In this document: positions 47,801-58,505 of the stretch, piece by piece
Layout of the letters: the number at the start of each line of letters is the position of its first letter
Position numbering within the stretch: the stretch's first letter is position 1
Origin: Selaginella moellendorffii
Lineage: Eukaryota; Plantae; Lycopodiophyta
DNA: 64,000 nt
Assembly (NCBI RefSeq): GCF_000143415.4
Contig: NW_003314299.1
Span: 606,229 to 670,228 of the forward strand
Reading direction: 5' to 3'
Notes under the pieces: model-generated
Seen by the model: only the letters and a program-made list of their open reading frames with translations
The model's database searches: none
What the model was told of the DNA's origin: nothing
Program-made: the position numbers and the translations under genes

Positions 47801-49269
47801 AAGGTTTGATGCGCAGTTCAATTATCATCCTGCGATCCTTCCTAACTCGTTTCTTTTAACAGCCAGTACGCAAGAGCTTGTGAAGTCCGCTGCTGCCGTA
47901 TGCAAGCCGCTCAAATCAATGAAAAATGAGAGCTGGATCTCGTCAAAGCTGTACCAAACATTCATAACCAGCCCAAATGTGAAAGTGAGTCGTTCTCCTG
48001 TTCTCCTTTTGGAGTTAACACTCGAAGTTGCAGGCAGAAGAATGGAAACACGACGAGGTTATGCAAGCAGATACAAGTGGCAATGGTGAGGTGCGTGCAC
48101 TCGCATGTGCAAAAGGATTTCTCTACAGTGGACACTCTGACGGAACAATCAAGGTGGTCGAAACATGCGGTCCACACTGACACTGTCTTATGCCACTTTA
48201 TCAGAGCTGGAAAGTTGCGGAAGAAAATCTGCTGTTGCTGAGAGAAGCCACAGAGCATACAAAATGCGTCACGAGCCTGGCGATTTTACCATCAAAGCAC
48301 AGGCTTTACAGCGGTTCTCTGGACAAAACTATCCGGGTATGCAAAACAGTAAGCGCGGGTTATGCCATGACTAACAGTCGCTACAAACAGGTTTGGTCCA
48401 TTGAAGACGATACCTTACACTGCCTCCATGTCTTCGAGCTCAATGGTGGTGTTCTAAGCCTGGTTGTGACGGGTTCTCTCGCGTGCATTATATTACAAGG
48501 CATCCCAGGCATTCAGGTAGGGAAAGCATCGACTTACTCAGTCATCAACTTGTTAGTAACAGGTGCAATACGAAGAGAATGACGCAAGACATATTTCTTC
48601 GCACAAGAACATACAAAGTGTGGCCGCTTCCAAAGGCATGATTTACTGTGGATGCACAGACAACAGCGTACATGTAAGCGAAATCTGTTCTTAAGAAACG
48701 TCACTAAGATGGGTTGGCAGGAAACCGATCCATCAGGAACTGCCATGATGTGCATCCAAGGCGGCGTGAGAACTTTGCTAGGAAAACGGCCAGTAAATGC
48801 ATTGCAAGTTTTCAAAGGTCAGATCTATACAGCGGGATCATTCTGTGATGGAATGAATGTCAAGGTACGCGATTTGCTTGTGCTGTATCGATGCTGAATC
48901 AACGATGACAGGTGTGGAACCAAGCCGATAAGTCACTCGTAAGTGCACTGTCCATACAATCGGAAGTAAGATCGATGGCTATGAGCTCGGAGTTCCTCTA
49001 TTTCGGCCTAAGCTCGGGAACGATCGAGGCAAGCAAAGCTGACTATAAGAACTCGAATGCAAACCACCACTGTGTTCTGCGCAGGTGTGGCTTCGAGCAC
49101 GGCTTGCCAAAGTAGGAAGTCTGGCAGTAGGGAGCAAATTAAACGCGCTGGCAGTGGACGGGGACGTGCTCTACAGCGGATCTGGAGACGGGAAGATCAA
49201 GGTAACCTCTTGAATCGATGCGAAGTGAAAAACGAGACACGATGCTTGCAGGTATGGACATGTTTGTGA
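44805..49269 (+). CDS. LIN: U-box/ARM/WD40 E3 ubiquitin ligase LIN/CERBERUS-like, multi-exon
   Basis: QAVLANLDWGIEAVEEAI...RLQHAEKMLQVCALL, PLMPIAEPPMTPVHE, U-box PPKDFVCPITNQIFDDPVTLETGQTYERKAI, and C-terminal WD40 repeats (LYSGHSDGTIK, LYSGSLDKTIR, LYSGSGDGKIK). Confidence 0.9.
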
Positions 49270-49843
49270 TCAGGCTCTTTGAAGGCTTGTATCGTCTAGA
49301 ACGAAAGAACTAGAGCGGAAAATGGTAGGAATATTTGGACAATGGTGGCTTGCTAGTCTCACCGTAGCTCACCATAGTCTTGTAAAGAATGGACATCATA
49401 GCCAAAGTTGAGGCCATTGTAAAAACTCGTCGATGTAGTGTGGTCTTGAAAATCTTCATAGATTGATGTCTGTGATTCGATGTCTATAAAATTTCACCGG
49501 AAAGAACGAAGTAAAATTAGATTACTCTGGAATATAATTCACCAAGCACACAAAAACAAAGTACAGAATGAACAACATCCTTCAGTGAAAGGTAAACATG
49601 GGAAGAAGACTCCGTGGCATTGCCCATGTAGCGCTAAAAATTTACCACCTAAGATAATAAGTTCAATAGGTATAAACATAACTTACCAGCAGTAGAATTA
49701 GAATTTGTGGTGGCTACTCTACTGCAATCAACCACTAACCACAGCAGGCTAGCAATTAGTAAAATATACAAGCTCCCCATGATTTAGATTATATTTTGCA
49801 ATGTTTTGCAATAATTGCCTAGCTTTAAATTTATCAACTATCA

Positions 49844-49950
49844 ATCAATCAATCAACATTGTTATTAACACCTGTATTTAACTATTAATCAATCAATCAA
49901 CATTGTTATTAACACCTGTATTTAACTATTAATCAATCAATCAACATTGT
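49844..49950 (+). repeat. 44-bp tandem repeat (~2.4 copies) in an AT-rich, TE-like intergenic tract (~49.7-52.1 kb)
   Basis: atcaatcaatcaacattgttattaacacctgtatttaactatta repeated with a period of 44. Confidence 0.85.
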
Positions 49951-52534
49951 CTCTATATTTAACTATCATCAATAATCTGTAAATACATGTATAAATACGC
50001 TAAAGATAATAGTGTATCCGTCAGATTAATTTATATAAAAAAGTCTTTACCCTAATTAAAAATATTTATTCCCATATCCTTATATTAGGCTTTGATTATT
50101 TTGTCTGTTCTTTAGATCTAAATCTACTCTTTTTGTCAAATTTAGCTTTCTTAGTTATTGTTTTAGTTTTCTTTTCAATTTTCACCATTGTCTGCTGCAA
50201 ATGTCCATATTTCTCTTTTGTCATTGCTTTTGGATCTTCCAATCACGGGTAAGTTTTTCTTTGGCATGAAGCTTTTCTTCTGACTTTGGCTAGAGTTTTT
50301 TGTGTCGTGTAAACTTTGGAGTTGGAGAAGCTTTAGAGCATCAATCCTTTGTCGACGATGGGGGGACTGTTCTTCCATATGGACACAATAGCACGAAAAT
50401 CATTATTAGATGAGGATAATAGAGTAGCATCTACAACCTTAAATAACACATTTCTCAATCAACAGCCCTCCACAGTCAGCTCACCAGCAAAGATTTTCAT
50501 ACGTTGCCAGATGATTACCAACTTCGATGGGCATAGTGTTTTTCTTAGTGTCTTGCTTTATCTTGTTGATATAGTGTGATTATTACATTAATTAGAGAGC
50601 TATAGATGATGTAGTGTAAGGATCAAACCTTTGGGAAGACAATATTTACAAACTTAAGTAAACTCTTGTTAAAAAGGATAACTATGAGGATAAGTTAGAC
50701 ATTTTGTAGTTTCAATTTACTATATAATCTTTTTTCTCTACCCTTTGTTCTTTCCTAGCTTTTTTCTTTAGTAGCTTTGAGTAGCTTCCTAACTTTGAGT
50801 AATTTCTTATTTCAAAGGTTAAATCATAATGTGAATATTTTTAGAAGTTTTTGTTTTACCATTACCATTGGAGAATTCTTCAATTCTCTTGAGAGTATAA
50901 GAGTTTTTCTCTTGAATATATTTTCTTTCTTTTTGTGTTTTTGCTTTAAATGTTACTAAAAAAAATTTAAACCAAGTGCATATGATAGTGAAGTGAGGCT
51001 GAATATATATGATACATATACATATACATATACATGATACATATACATGTTAAAGCAAGGATAAATGCAAAGAGTATAAATAGAATCAATGCTTTAAATT
51101 ATTTTTTCCTTTTAAGGTGGGGATAAAGAGGATATGAAAAATTAATATAAACAAACTTCAATGTATAATATTAGATAAGTTGTGAGTCTTGAGTTAACAA
51201 TGATTTTGGAGTCTAAGACACTAAAATATATTCCTACAAGGTTAATGGGATTATGAAAACAATAACAGGTAAACTTGATCTAAGCTTGAATAAAACTAAG
51301 TTATGTTTTGCTGCTTTGTTAAATAGGTCCACACATTGCCCAGGTTTGTTAACATGGTATCAGATTAAGAAAATGTGCTCAAACTTAGTGGAATTAGTGA
51401 TGCAATTTACAATTTTACATGTTCCTCCTTTATATAAGATCTGTAACATGAACAAAAAGGTGGTATAATATTTAAAGCTATGAATTATGCTTACCAGTAT
51501 CATATATTTGCATCAAGGTGTCAATAAACTCAAGATTAAGCCCACTTGAAGTCCCTTATTAGTTTTAGAATTATAGCTTTAATTTAAGTTTAAGGTTGGT
51601 TTATAGTTCATCTAAATTCTATTTAGCTAATGCTTCTGCCAGAACTTTAATTTTTTATTATGTCATAATTACCAATTGCTTTAGGAGTTTTAAGTTCTTG
51701 TGGCAATCTAGCAGATGTTCTAAATGTTCTGCCAGACCATCTTCTGGAGAAGAGAATGGTGTAAAAGGTAGTGCTAATTAGCGTTTTACATAGTCACCCC
51801 TAATCACATTTTCTTTCACCAAAATTAAGTTAGTAAACATTACTTATATTTGATTCTTGGTTTCTTGTTTACTAGCGGATTCTCATGCTGGCACTTGTCT
51901 CGAGCTCCCTCTCCTTCTTTATCTAGTAGTCTCCTGCCCTAGGATTTGCTACGCTACTTTAGCTTCCTTAATCCTCACGATATTAATTGGACCTCTGGTT
52001 TCCTTAGCTTCATCTCCCTTTGTCCTCTTGATGGGCTTCCCAACTTTTGTTTGATTGCAGTGGCCACTTGTCAATCTTTTCTATAGTCTAGGCTAAAAGG
52101 CAATTTATGAGGATTAATGAGATAGACTTCACAACTTAGCATAGCAAGAAGAAGCTGCATATACATCCAGTGAATGTGGTCCCGTGGCAACGAGAGTAAA
52201 AGAGAATTAGAAATTAGAGAGAGCACGAGATCAAACCGACCTGGAAACGAAAGAAGAATTAAACACTACGAACTTACCAAGCCTCGACGAAGGCTCAACC
52301 GTCAAGAGTTAACTGACACGTCACCATGTCGGCCGGCGCCAGCGTTACGCCCGTGAGCTCAATGGCAACCCCTGACTGGACCACGTCACGGTTTCGTGCT
52401 TCAAGGGTCGCCACGGTTGGCCCAGTGGAAACAAAATATGGCAAATAAAAAAAGAAAAAACTTTTTTTTGGCTTCTCTAGGGTTAGGGTTTTCGGGAGAA
52501 AAATCCTGAGGGACAACTGCTTCGGCGAGGCGCC

Positions 52535-55156
52535 ATGTCGCACACTCCGGGAGCGGTCATCAATGATCCCAGCGTGCCGCCAGATTTATGGACGGAGCAA
52601 ATGCTCCGCGCTTGGAAGGTACATTGCGATCTCTCGCCGATAGATCCATTCAATCCAATCACTTCCTCGCAGCATGCCATCGATGCTGCCAAGCATTCCC
52701 CCAGGGACAAGAAATTCGTCAATCTGGATGATCTCCTGGAAGTCACGGGTATGTCTCGTCTTTTTTTGCGTTTTTCGTTTTGGCGGGAACGCGATTTTAA
52801 ATTTCCTGCGTTGTTCTTCGCAGATCATACTGTCAGGCTTTCAAGTCCCAGATCTCTCCAGGCATGTCTCCATCTTGGAATTGATCCCAGCGAGGTGGTA
52901 TACAGGTATGGCGAGAAATCCAGCTATTTCTTTTCTTTCTGCTAGCTTCTTCTTATCTTTGCCCTTTGGAAACTTTCAAGGCCAATGGACACTTTCGCCG
53001 AGAGGGGAATGCGCCGAGAGTTCCAGCAGATAAAATACGACCACCATGAAACTCAAAGAAGAGGTGAGGTACAGACCCCTCCAATCTCGCATATCAAGTA
53101 ATGGTTTGTGAATCGCCTAGCGACCTGAATGCAGAGAAGCTGCAAAGATTGAAAGAGGAAAGAGAACGCTTGATACGAAAGTCCGACGAGGACAAGTCGC
53201 GAGCTTCTGCTGCATCCGAGAAAAGGCGCAAGGGCGGAGGGGATAGAGACCTTATGGACAGGGTAAAAACTCCAAGTCTTGTTTGCTCGGGGAATCGACT
53301 TACGTGTAGCGATCACAGCCCAGTCGGCAGTACTCACTCTTTACTACTATCGTGATCGTCACTCGTTTTGTTTAAGGTTAATTGAACAAGCTCTGTCCTA
53401 GTACTTTGCAGGATAGAAAAAGAATTGAAGCACTCCGTCGAAGGCAGCAGCGAGAGATGGAGCAAATGGCCAAGTACGAAGCTCAAAGACAGGTCTGTGA
53501 TTTCCAGTGATTTGTTGCATCTTACTGTTTCCGTAAACAGCAAATGGCCGATGAGAACCAAGCACGGGTTGAGGCGGAAAGGAGGACTGCGGAAAGAAAG
53601 GTATTTGAAAATCAAAAGCAGTAGCATCACACGATAATTTTCGTAACTTTCTTCTGGACAGAAAGCTGAAAAGTTGAAAAAGGACAAGGAGTGGCAAGAG
53701 GAGCTACGGAAGAAAGAGCTTGAGAAGGTCAAGGAGGTATGAAAAACTCGATAGTTATCTCCTTACACACAGACATACTTATTCTTTCTTTGGCGCAGGA
53801 AGAAGCGTTGGAAAAGAGGAGCAGGCAGATGGCTGCGGAGAGATATGCTCGTGAACAGCAGCAAATGCAGATAGAAGCTGAACGTCAGGTGCGTAGACTG
53901 CGTTTTCGATGCATGGGTTCCTAACGCTTGTTTAATCTCCAGAAACAACTACAACGTGAAGCAGTGCGGAAAGAGCAAGAGAGACAGCAAAAACAGGAGG
54001 AATTCCGACGGCAGCTTGAAAGGATACAGGAAGCTCAGCAGGAGGTCTGTACCATTTTTCTGCATGTAGTTGTGTGTAACTTTTGCTCTTTTGCAGGTAT
54101 TGAGGAAGAGACAGGAGGACATGGTGAGGAAAGATCAGGAAAGGCAGCGGGTGATGGAGCAACAAAATAAGGAAAGGCAAGCAGCAAATGCAGAGGCTCG
54201 CCGGCTGGCCGAGGAACGCCACCAGCAAGTCGTCGAAAACTTCGCTCATCAACTTGCCAAGCGACAGTCGGACTATGAGCACAAGCAGGAAGTGAGTACT
54301 GCTACTGGGCTGGATCGTCAGATGGCTGAATTATTGCTCGATTTTACTGATAGCACCACTGCCGATGTTTGTGCTAACGTCTTTGCCACTTCCAGGAACT
54401 GAGGATAAAGCTCAAGATGCAAGAGGAGAGGCACAGGCAACTAGAGGCCGAGAAGAGGCGAAAGGAAGAAATGAAGGAACAGCAGCGACAGGAAGTTATC
54501 AGAGAAGCCCAGAACGAGCGTGAACGGAGAGTTCAGGTACGGGACATGTTTTTTACTTCTTTCACTCCGAAGAAACTTTTCTGTTTGCCCGCACAGGAAC
54601 TCCTAGCCAAGGCTCATGAAGCTGATATGATATTACAAAACTTCATCATGCAAAAGAAACTGGCCAATGCGCGTAGAGCCGTCGAGCATCAAATCGAGTT
54701 TGAGGACAAGACAACGAGAGTTGAAAACATCAAACGTGTCAAGGTCTCTCTTTTCTCTTCTTTTCAAATCCTTGGGCCCTTCTCTCAACACTGATGTTCT
54801 TGTTTGGATCCAAAAACAGGCTCTCCAGAGGATGCAAATCCTCCAGAAAATCGAGGCGGAGACCGATAGAGTGCGACGGCTGCTAGAGTCGAGACAGCAT
54901 GCTCAGGAACGCCACAGAGCAGCAAATGTAAATCTTTCAATCCACCGCCAGTCCATGAACCAGCAGCTCGAGCGGCTTTCGGTAAGATCCATCGTCCAAA
55001 GCTCTCCTTTTCTTGTTTAGACGGAACCACGCAAGCGCTAACGATGTTTACGTTTCGTCCCAGGTGAGCAAGAAGTGGAGGGAGTCCTTGAGCGAGGAGG
55101 GCCGAGCCGAGCTCGAGAAAGTGGGGAAAAGTGGCCTCCCGTCCATAGGTGAGTGA
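52535..55156 (+). CDS. CCDC177-like long coiled-coil protein (probably flagellar/sperm), multi-exon
   Basis: N-terminal RLSSPRSLQACLHLGIDPSEV resembles the CCDC177 motif LTSPRSLEAC. It is followed by E/R/K/Q-rich coiled-coil exons with canonical GT-AG introns. 3' end approximate. Confidence 0.65.
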
Positions 55157-55449
55157 TAAGCAGCGTTATTTTCTTCTCGGAAGCTTGAAACTTTGGAGGG
55201 AGAGAAGCCTTCTATCGAATTGGTGGGATGGGATTTTTAAGCGCAGCATAGATTCACGCGATGGCAAGCGACAAACAAAACCAACGAGCAAGAACACTGA
55301 AAAAAAAATTGTACATTTACGGGCCTGCTCGTTCATAGAACTACAGCGAGTTTTGTCAAGGGGAAGTCCCTCTACCGTACAATGGCTTCTATTCAAAATC
55401 AAGCATATGCGTATATTACCTGGGGCATAATCTTGCCGTACGTGAACTG

Positions 55450-56226
55450 TCAGTTCGCCTCGATCATGGTCGCGAAGTAGGATCTGGGCGATGGGCGCTC
55501 CAGCATCATGTTTTTAAATTCCAGGAAATCGACCAGCCCATCGCCGTTGGAATCCACCCCCCGGATCATGTTCTTGCAAGCGGCAATGCTGCGCGCGCCC
55601 TGGATGAATCCCAGGCGGGAGAGCACGCGGTGGAGCTCCTCGGCGGTGATGAATCCATCGCCATTCTGGTCGAACACCCGGAACGCATCCCTCAGATTCT
55701 CTTCTTCGTCCTCCTCGCCGCGGGGATTCGCCAGAGAGGAAAAGGAAGAAGAAGAAGAGTCGGAGGATTCCGCGCCATCGCCACCGTCGCCGCCGACGCC
55801 TCCACCGCCGTCGATGCGCCCGCCTTCCACGCTCGTAATGTACAGGGCCTGGAACTCCTCGAAATCCACGCATCCATCGCCGTTGAGATCGACGGTGAGC
55901 ATGAGGAGCTCCAGGTCGGAATCGCTCATCCCGTGGCCCAGCTTCGCCATGAGCTTGCCCACCTCTTCCTTGCTGATGAGCCCATCGCCATTCTCGTCAA
56001 TCGCCTGGAAGACGCGCAAGAACTCGTCGCGCAGGCACTCCTCCTCGGACTGCTCGCTCGATCCGCGCGGGCTGAGAACCGGCGATTGGGAGGCGCTGGA
56101 GCTGCCGCTGGGCGACACGATCGACTGGAAGTGCCAGTTGAAATCGATCAGTGGGAGCAGCATGGGATTCTCGTCGGGCGCGGGGATCTGGAGCTCGAGA
56201 GTGGGCTTCCTCGATCGCGATGCCAT
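55450..56226 (-). CDS. Calmodulin-like protein (4 EF-hands), intronless
   Basis: EF loops DENGDGLISKEE, DLNGDGCVDFEE, DQNGDGFITAEE and DSNGDGLVDFLE. TATA-like TATATA at ~56339-56345. Confidence 0.93.
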   Translation of the reverse strand: MASRSRKPTLELQIPAPDENPMLLPLIDFNWHFQSIVSPSGSSSASQSPVLSPRGSSEQSEEECLRDEFLRVFQAIDENGDGLISKEEVGKLMAKLGHGMSDSDLELLMLTVDLNGDGCVDFEEFQALYITSVEGGRIDGGGGVGGDGGDGAESSDSSSSSFSSLANPRGEEDEEENLRDAFRVFDQNGDGFITAEELHRVLSRLGFIQGARSIAACKNMIRGVDSNGDGLVDFLEFKNMMLERPSPRSYFATMIEAN

Positions 56227-57039
56227 TTGCGATGAGTTCTAGAGATGGGATTGCTCGCTCTAGAGGGCTCCAGATCGATAATCTAATAGAGGGAAGAGAG
56301 GAAGAGAGGAGAATATTTACGCACAAGAGCCACTCTTGTATATAAATGCCAACGGTTCTTTAAGAAACCCCGATTAGGCTTTCACGTAAAAATTATAGAA
56401 GGAGAGGTGGAGTTGGACAAAAGAAGAAAGGTGGCGGAAATTTCAGGCGGTCCCATTATATCATGGCAGACGTGGCAGCAAAAAATCAATGCATGTCATA
56501 GTGACGCAGATTGCCCGCATTTTTTACTTGTAAGTCGTTTTGGAAACATACTCCAAATAAAATGGAATATATGAATTTATATTAGGATTTCAACCAAACA
56601 CATAATAGATGAGCTCTTGTCTGGTCTCCAACACCAATGTGCACGTCTGAGACAAAGTATACGACCTTACGGTTGGGTACGATTACAAAAGACATGGGTA
56701 AAAGTACGATAAAGTGCTTCCATTTAAATATTATCAAATTTTTCCCTTTGCCAGACCGTACCTAAGGGGCATTCATTAGGAAATACCCTGGAAGAGTCTT
56801 GGGAGAATGACAAGTTGGCTACCCCAAACCCAGAGGTTGTGATCATCCAAAGGAGCTGGCCTCTTGAATAGCTTGATTTTTCCCGTGGAGTTTCTTCGAG
56901 TTTCCAAAAGCCGTGGAGTGTCTAGGGTCAGCCGTCCCTATTCCGCTGACAACCGTTTACCTGTATTTTAGTTCGCAGACAAACGCTGCTACCCTGCCAA
57001 AGTTTTCCGGATCTATCCTCCGCGAAAATGTGACAAAAC

Positions 57040-57850
57040 TCAAGTTTTTACGACGTTTTAAAGAAAATCACGTAAGGACCAGAGCTAGAAACCTGTTGAC
57101 CATCGATGACTGTTTAGCAAGCCTTGAACAGGATCACCGCTAGCATTACAAGCCCCGAGAAGGATCGTCCACGCAAAACTATCAGCCTTGTAAGGCATAC
57201 TCTCAACAAGCTCCGCTGCTAGGGATCCAGAGTGACTATAGGTGCCAAGAACAATGCTAAAAGTCTCCAGGATCATAAAAGGCAGCAACATGGTCTCATG
57301 TCCAAGTTACCATGTCATGTACGTTCCGTCCTTCGCAACGGCGCGAGTCTTGTTCTGCCCGTACACCTGGATCAAGTAAGTCCAAGCTACCACGTCGCGA
57401 TTTGGCATGGGGTCAAACACCCACTTTGCCTCGTCATAGTAACCATTCTGCGCATATACCGGTACCATGGTAGTCCAATCGCCTTGTCATTCTGTGGAAG
57501 AGTCTAATATGCTTGGATCATAATGGTCATTTGCCCAGTTTTCTGGGCATATGCTGCTATCATGACATTCCACGTCAAGGTTTTCCACCCGCGCCATGTC
57601 AAACGTGTGTCGTGATTTCTCTATAATGCCGTTTTGTGCATAGCTAGTAGTCGACGTTACAAAGCTACTTTGTGGTATGACTTTGAAACGAAGTTCATCG
57701 TCTTCAATATGCCCTGATTGGGCATATGCAGTTATTATACACTACGGGCATCCTTTCAAACACTAGCCTGGCTATCTCTAAGCAGCCATTCTCTGGATAC
57801 GCACCATTCCAAAGATACGCTTCATATCCGAAAGATGCCCATTCAACCAA
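57040..57850 (-). pseudogene. PPR pseudogene, deleted duplicate of 62029-63426
   Basis: LVESMPYKADSFAWTILLGACNASGDPVQG is identical to the intact copy. Numerous internal deletions and frameshifts. Confidence 0.9.
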
Positions 57851-57959
57851 GGGCAGCCAACGTAAGAGACGAGGGCTTGATCTTAAAGTGAAAACTATCG
57901 CTCACTATCTCCACTCCAAGAAACTTGGGAAAAAGATGACACAAGTAACAGAGCGATTG

Positions 57960-58041
57960 CGTCGCCTGAGAGATTCGAACTCTCGCGGGGAAACCCCATG
58001 TACTTAGCAGGCACACGCCTTAACCACTCGGCCAAAGCGAC
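57960..58041 (-). tRNA. tRNA-Ser (anticodon GCT)
   Basis: GTCGCTTTGGCCGAGTGGTTAAGGCGTGTGCCT GCT AAGTACATGGGGTTTCCCCGCGAGAGTTCGAATCTCTCAGGCGACG. Confidence 0.96.
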
Positions 58042-58505
58042 ACTACGTTGTTCAAATTGTCCGCATATAATTTTTTCTTGGCCATGCCCTGTGAGTTGTA
58101 AATTAATGCAAGGAAGAACCATTGAACTTGGAACTAAAAGATAACCTCCAGGCCATCAATTGTTTCTGACGTTGCCAGCAATCGAACACAAAGGCCAAGA
58201 AATGGCGACTGCAATGACAGAAAAAGTTATGAGTACCTTAAGAATGGTAAGAACAAAAGAGTGAGATTCCAACTCCCGCGCGTTCCATTGGTAATGTGAG
58301 AAGAAACAGCACACCATAGAAACCCCATAAAAACTACTAACCATGAGAACCTTTCCAAGGTGCACAGCCATCGACGAACAAAGTCCAAAACAATGGCTGA
58401 CACCGACAGCAATTAAGAACTCGTATCCCTGTAGATAAGATCAAGACTCTCAGTACAAAAAGTGCCCAGTACGAGCAACAAGAGACTTGTCACTGTTTAG
58501 TCGCA

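Noticed and set aside
55508-56242. Long antisense ORFs over the CML gene (also over the bHLH, PPR and LRR genes)
   Set aside because: Shadow ORFs from GC-rich codon usage on the coding strand.
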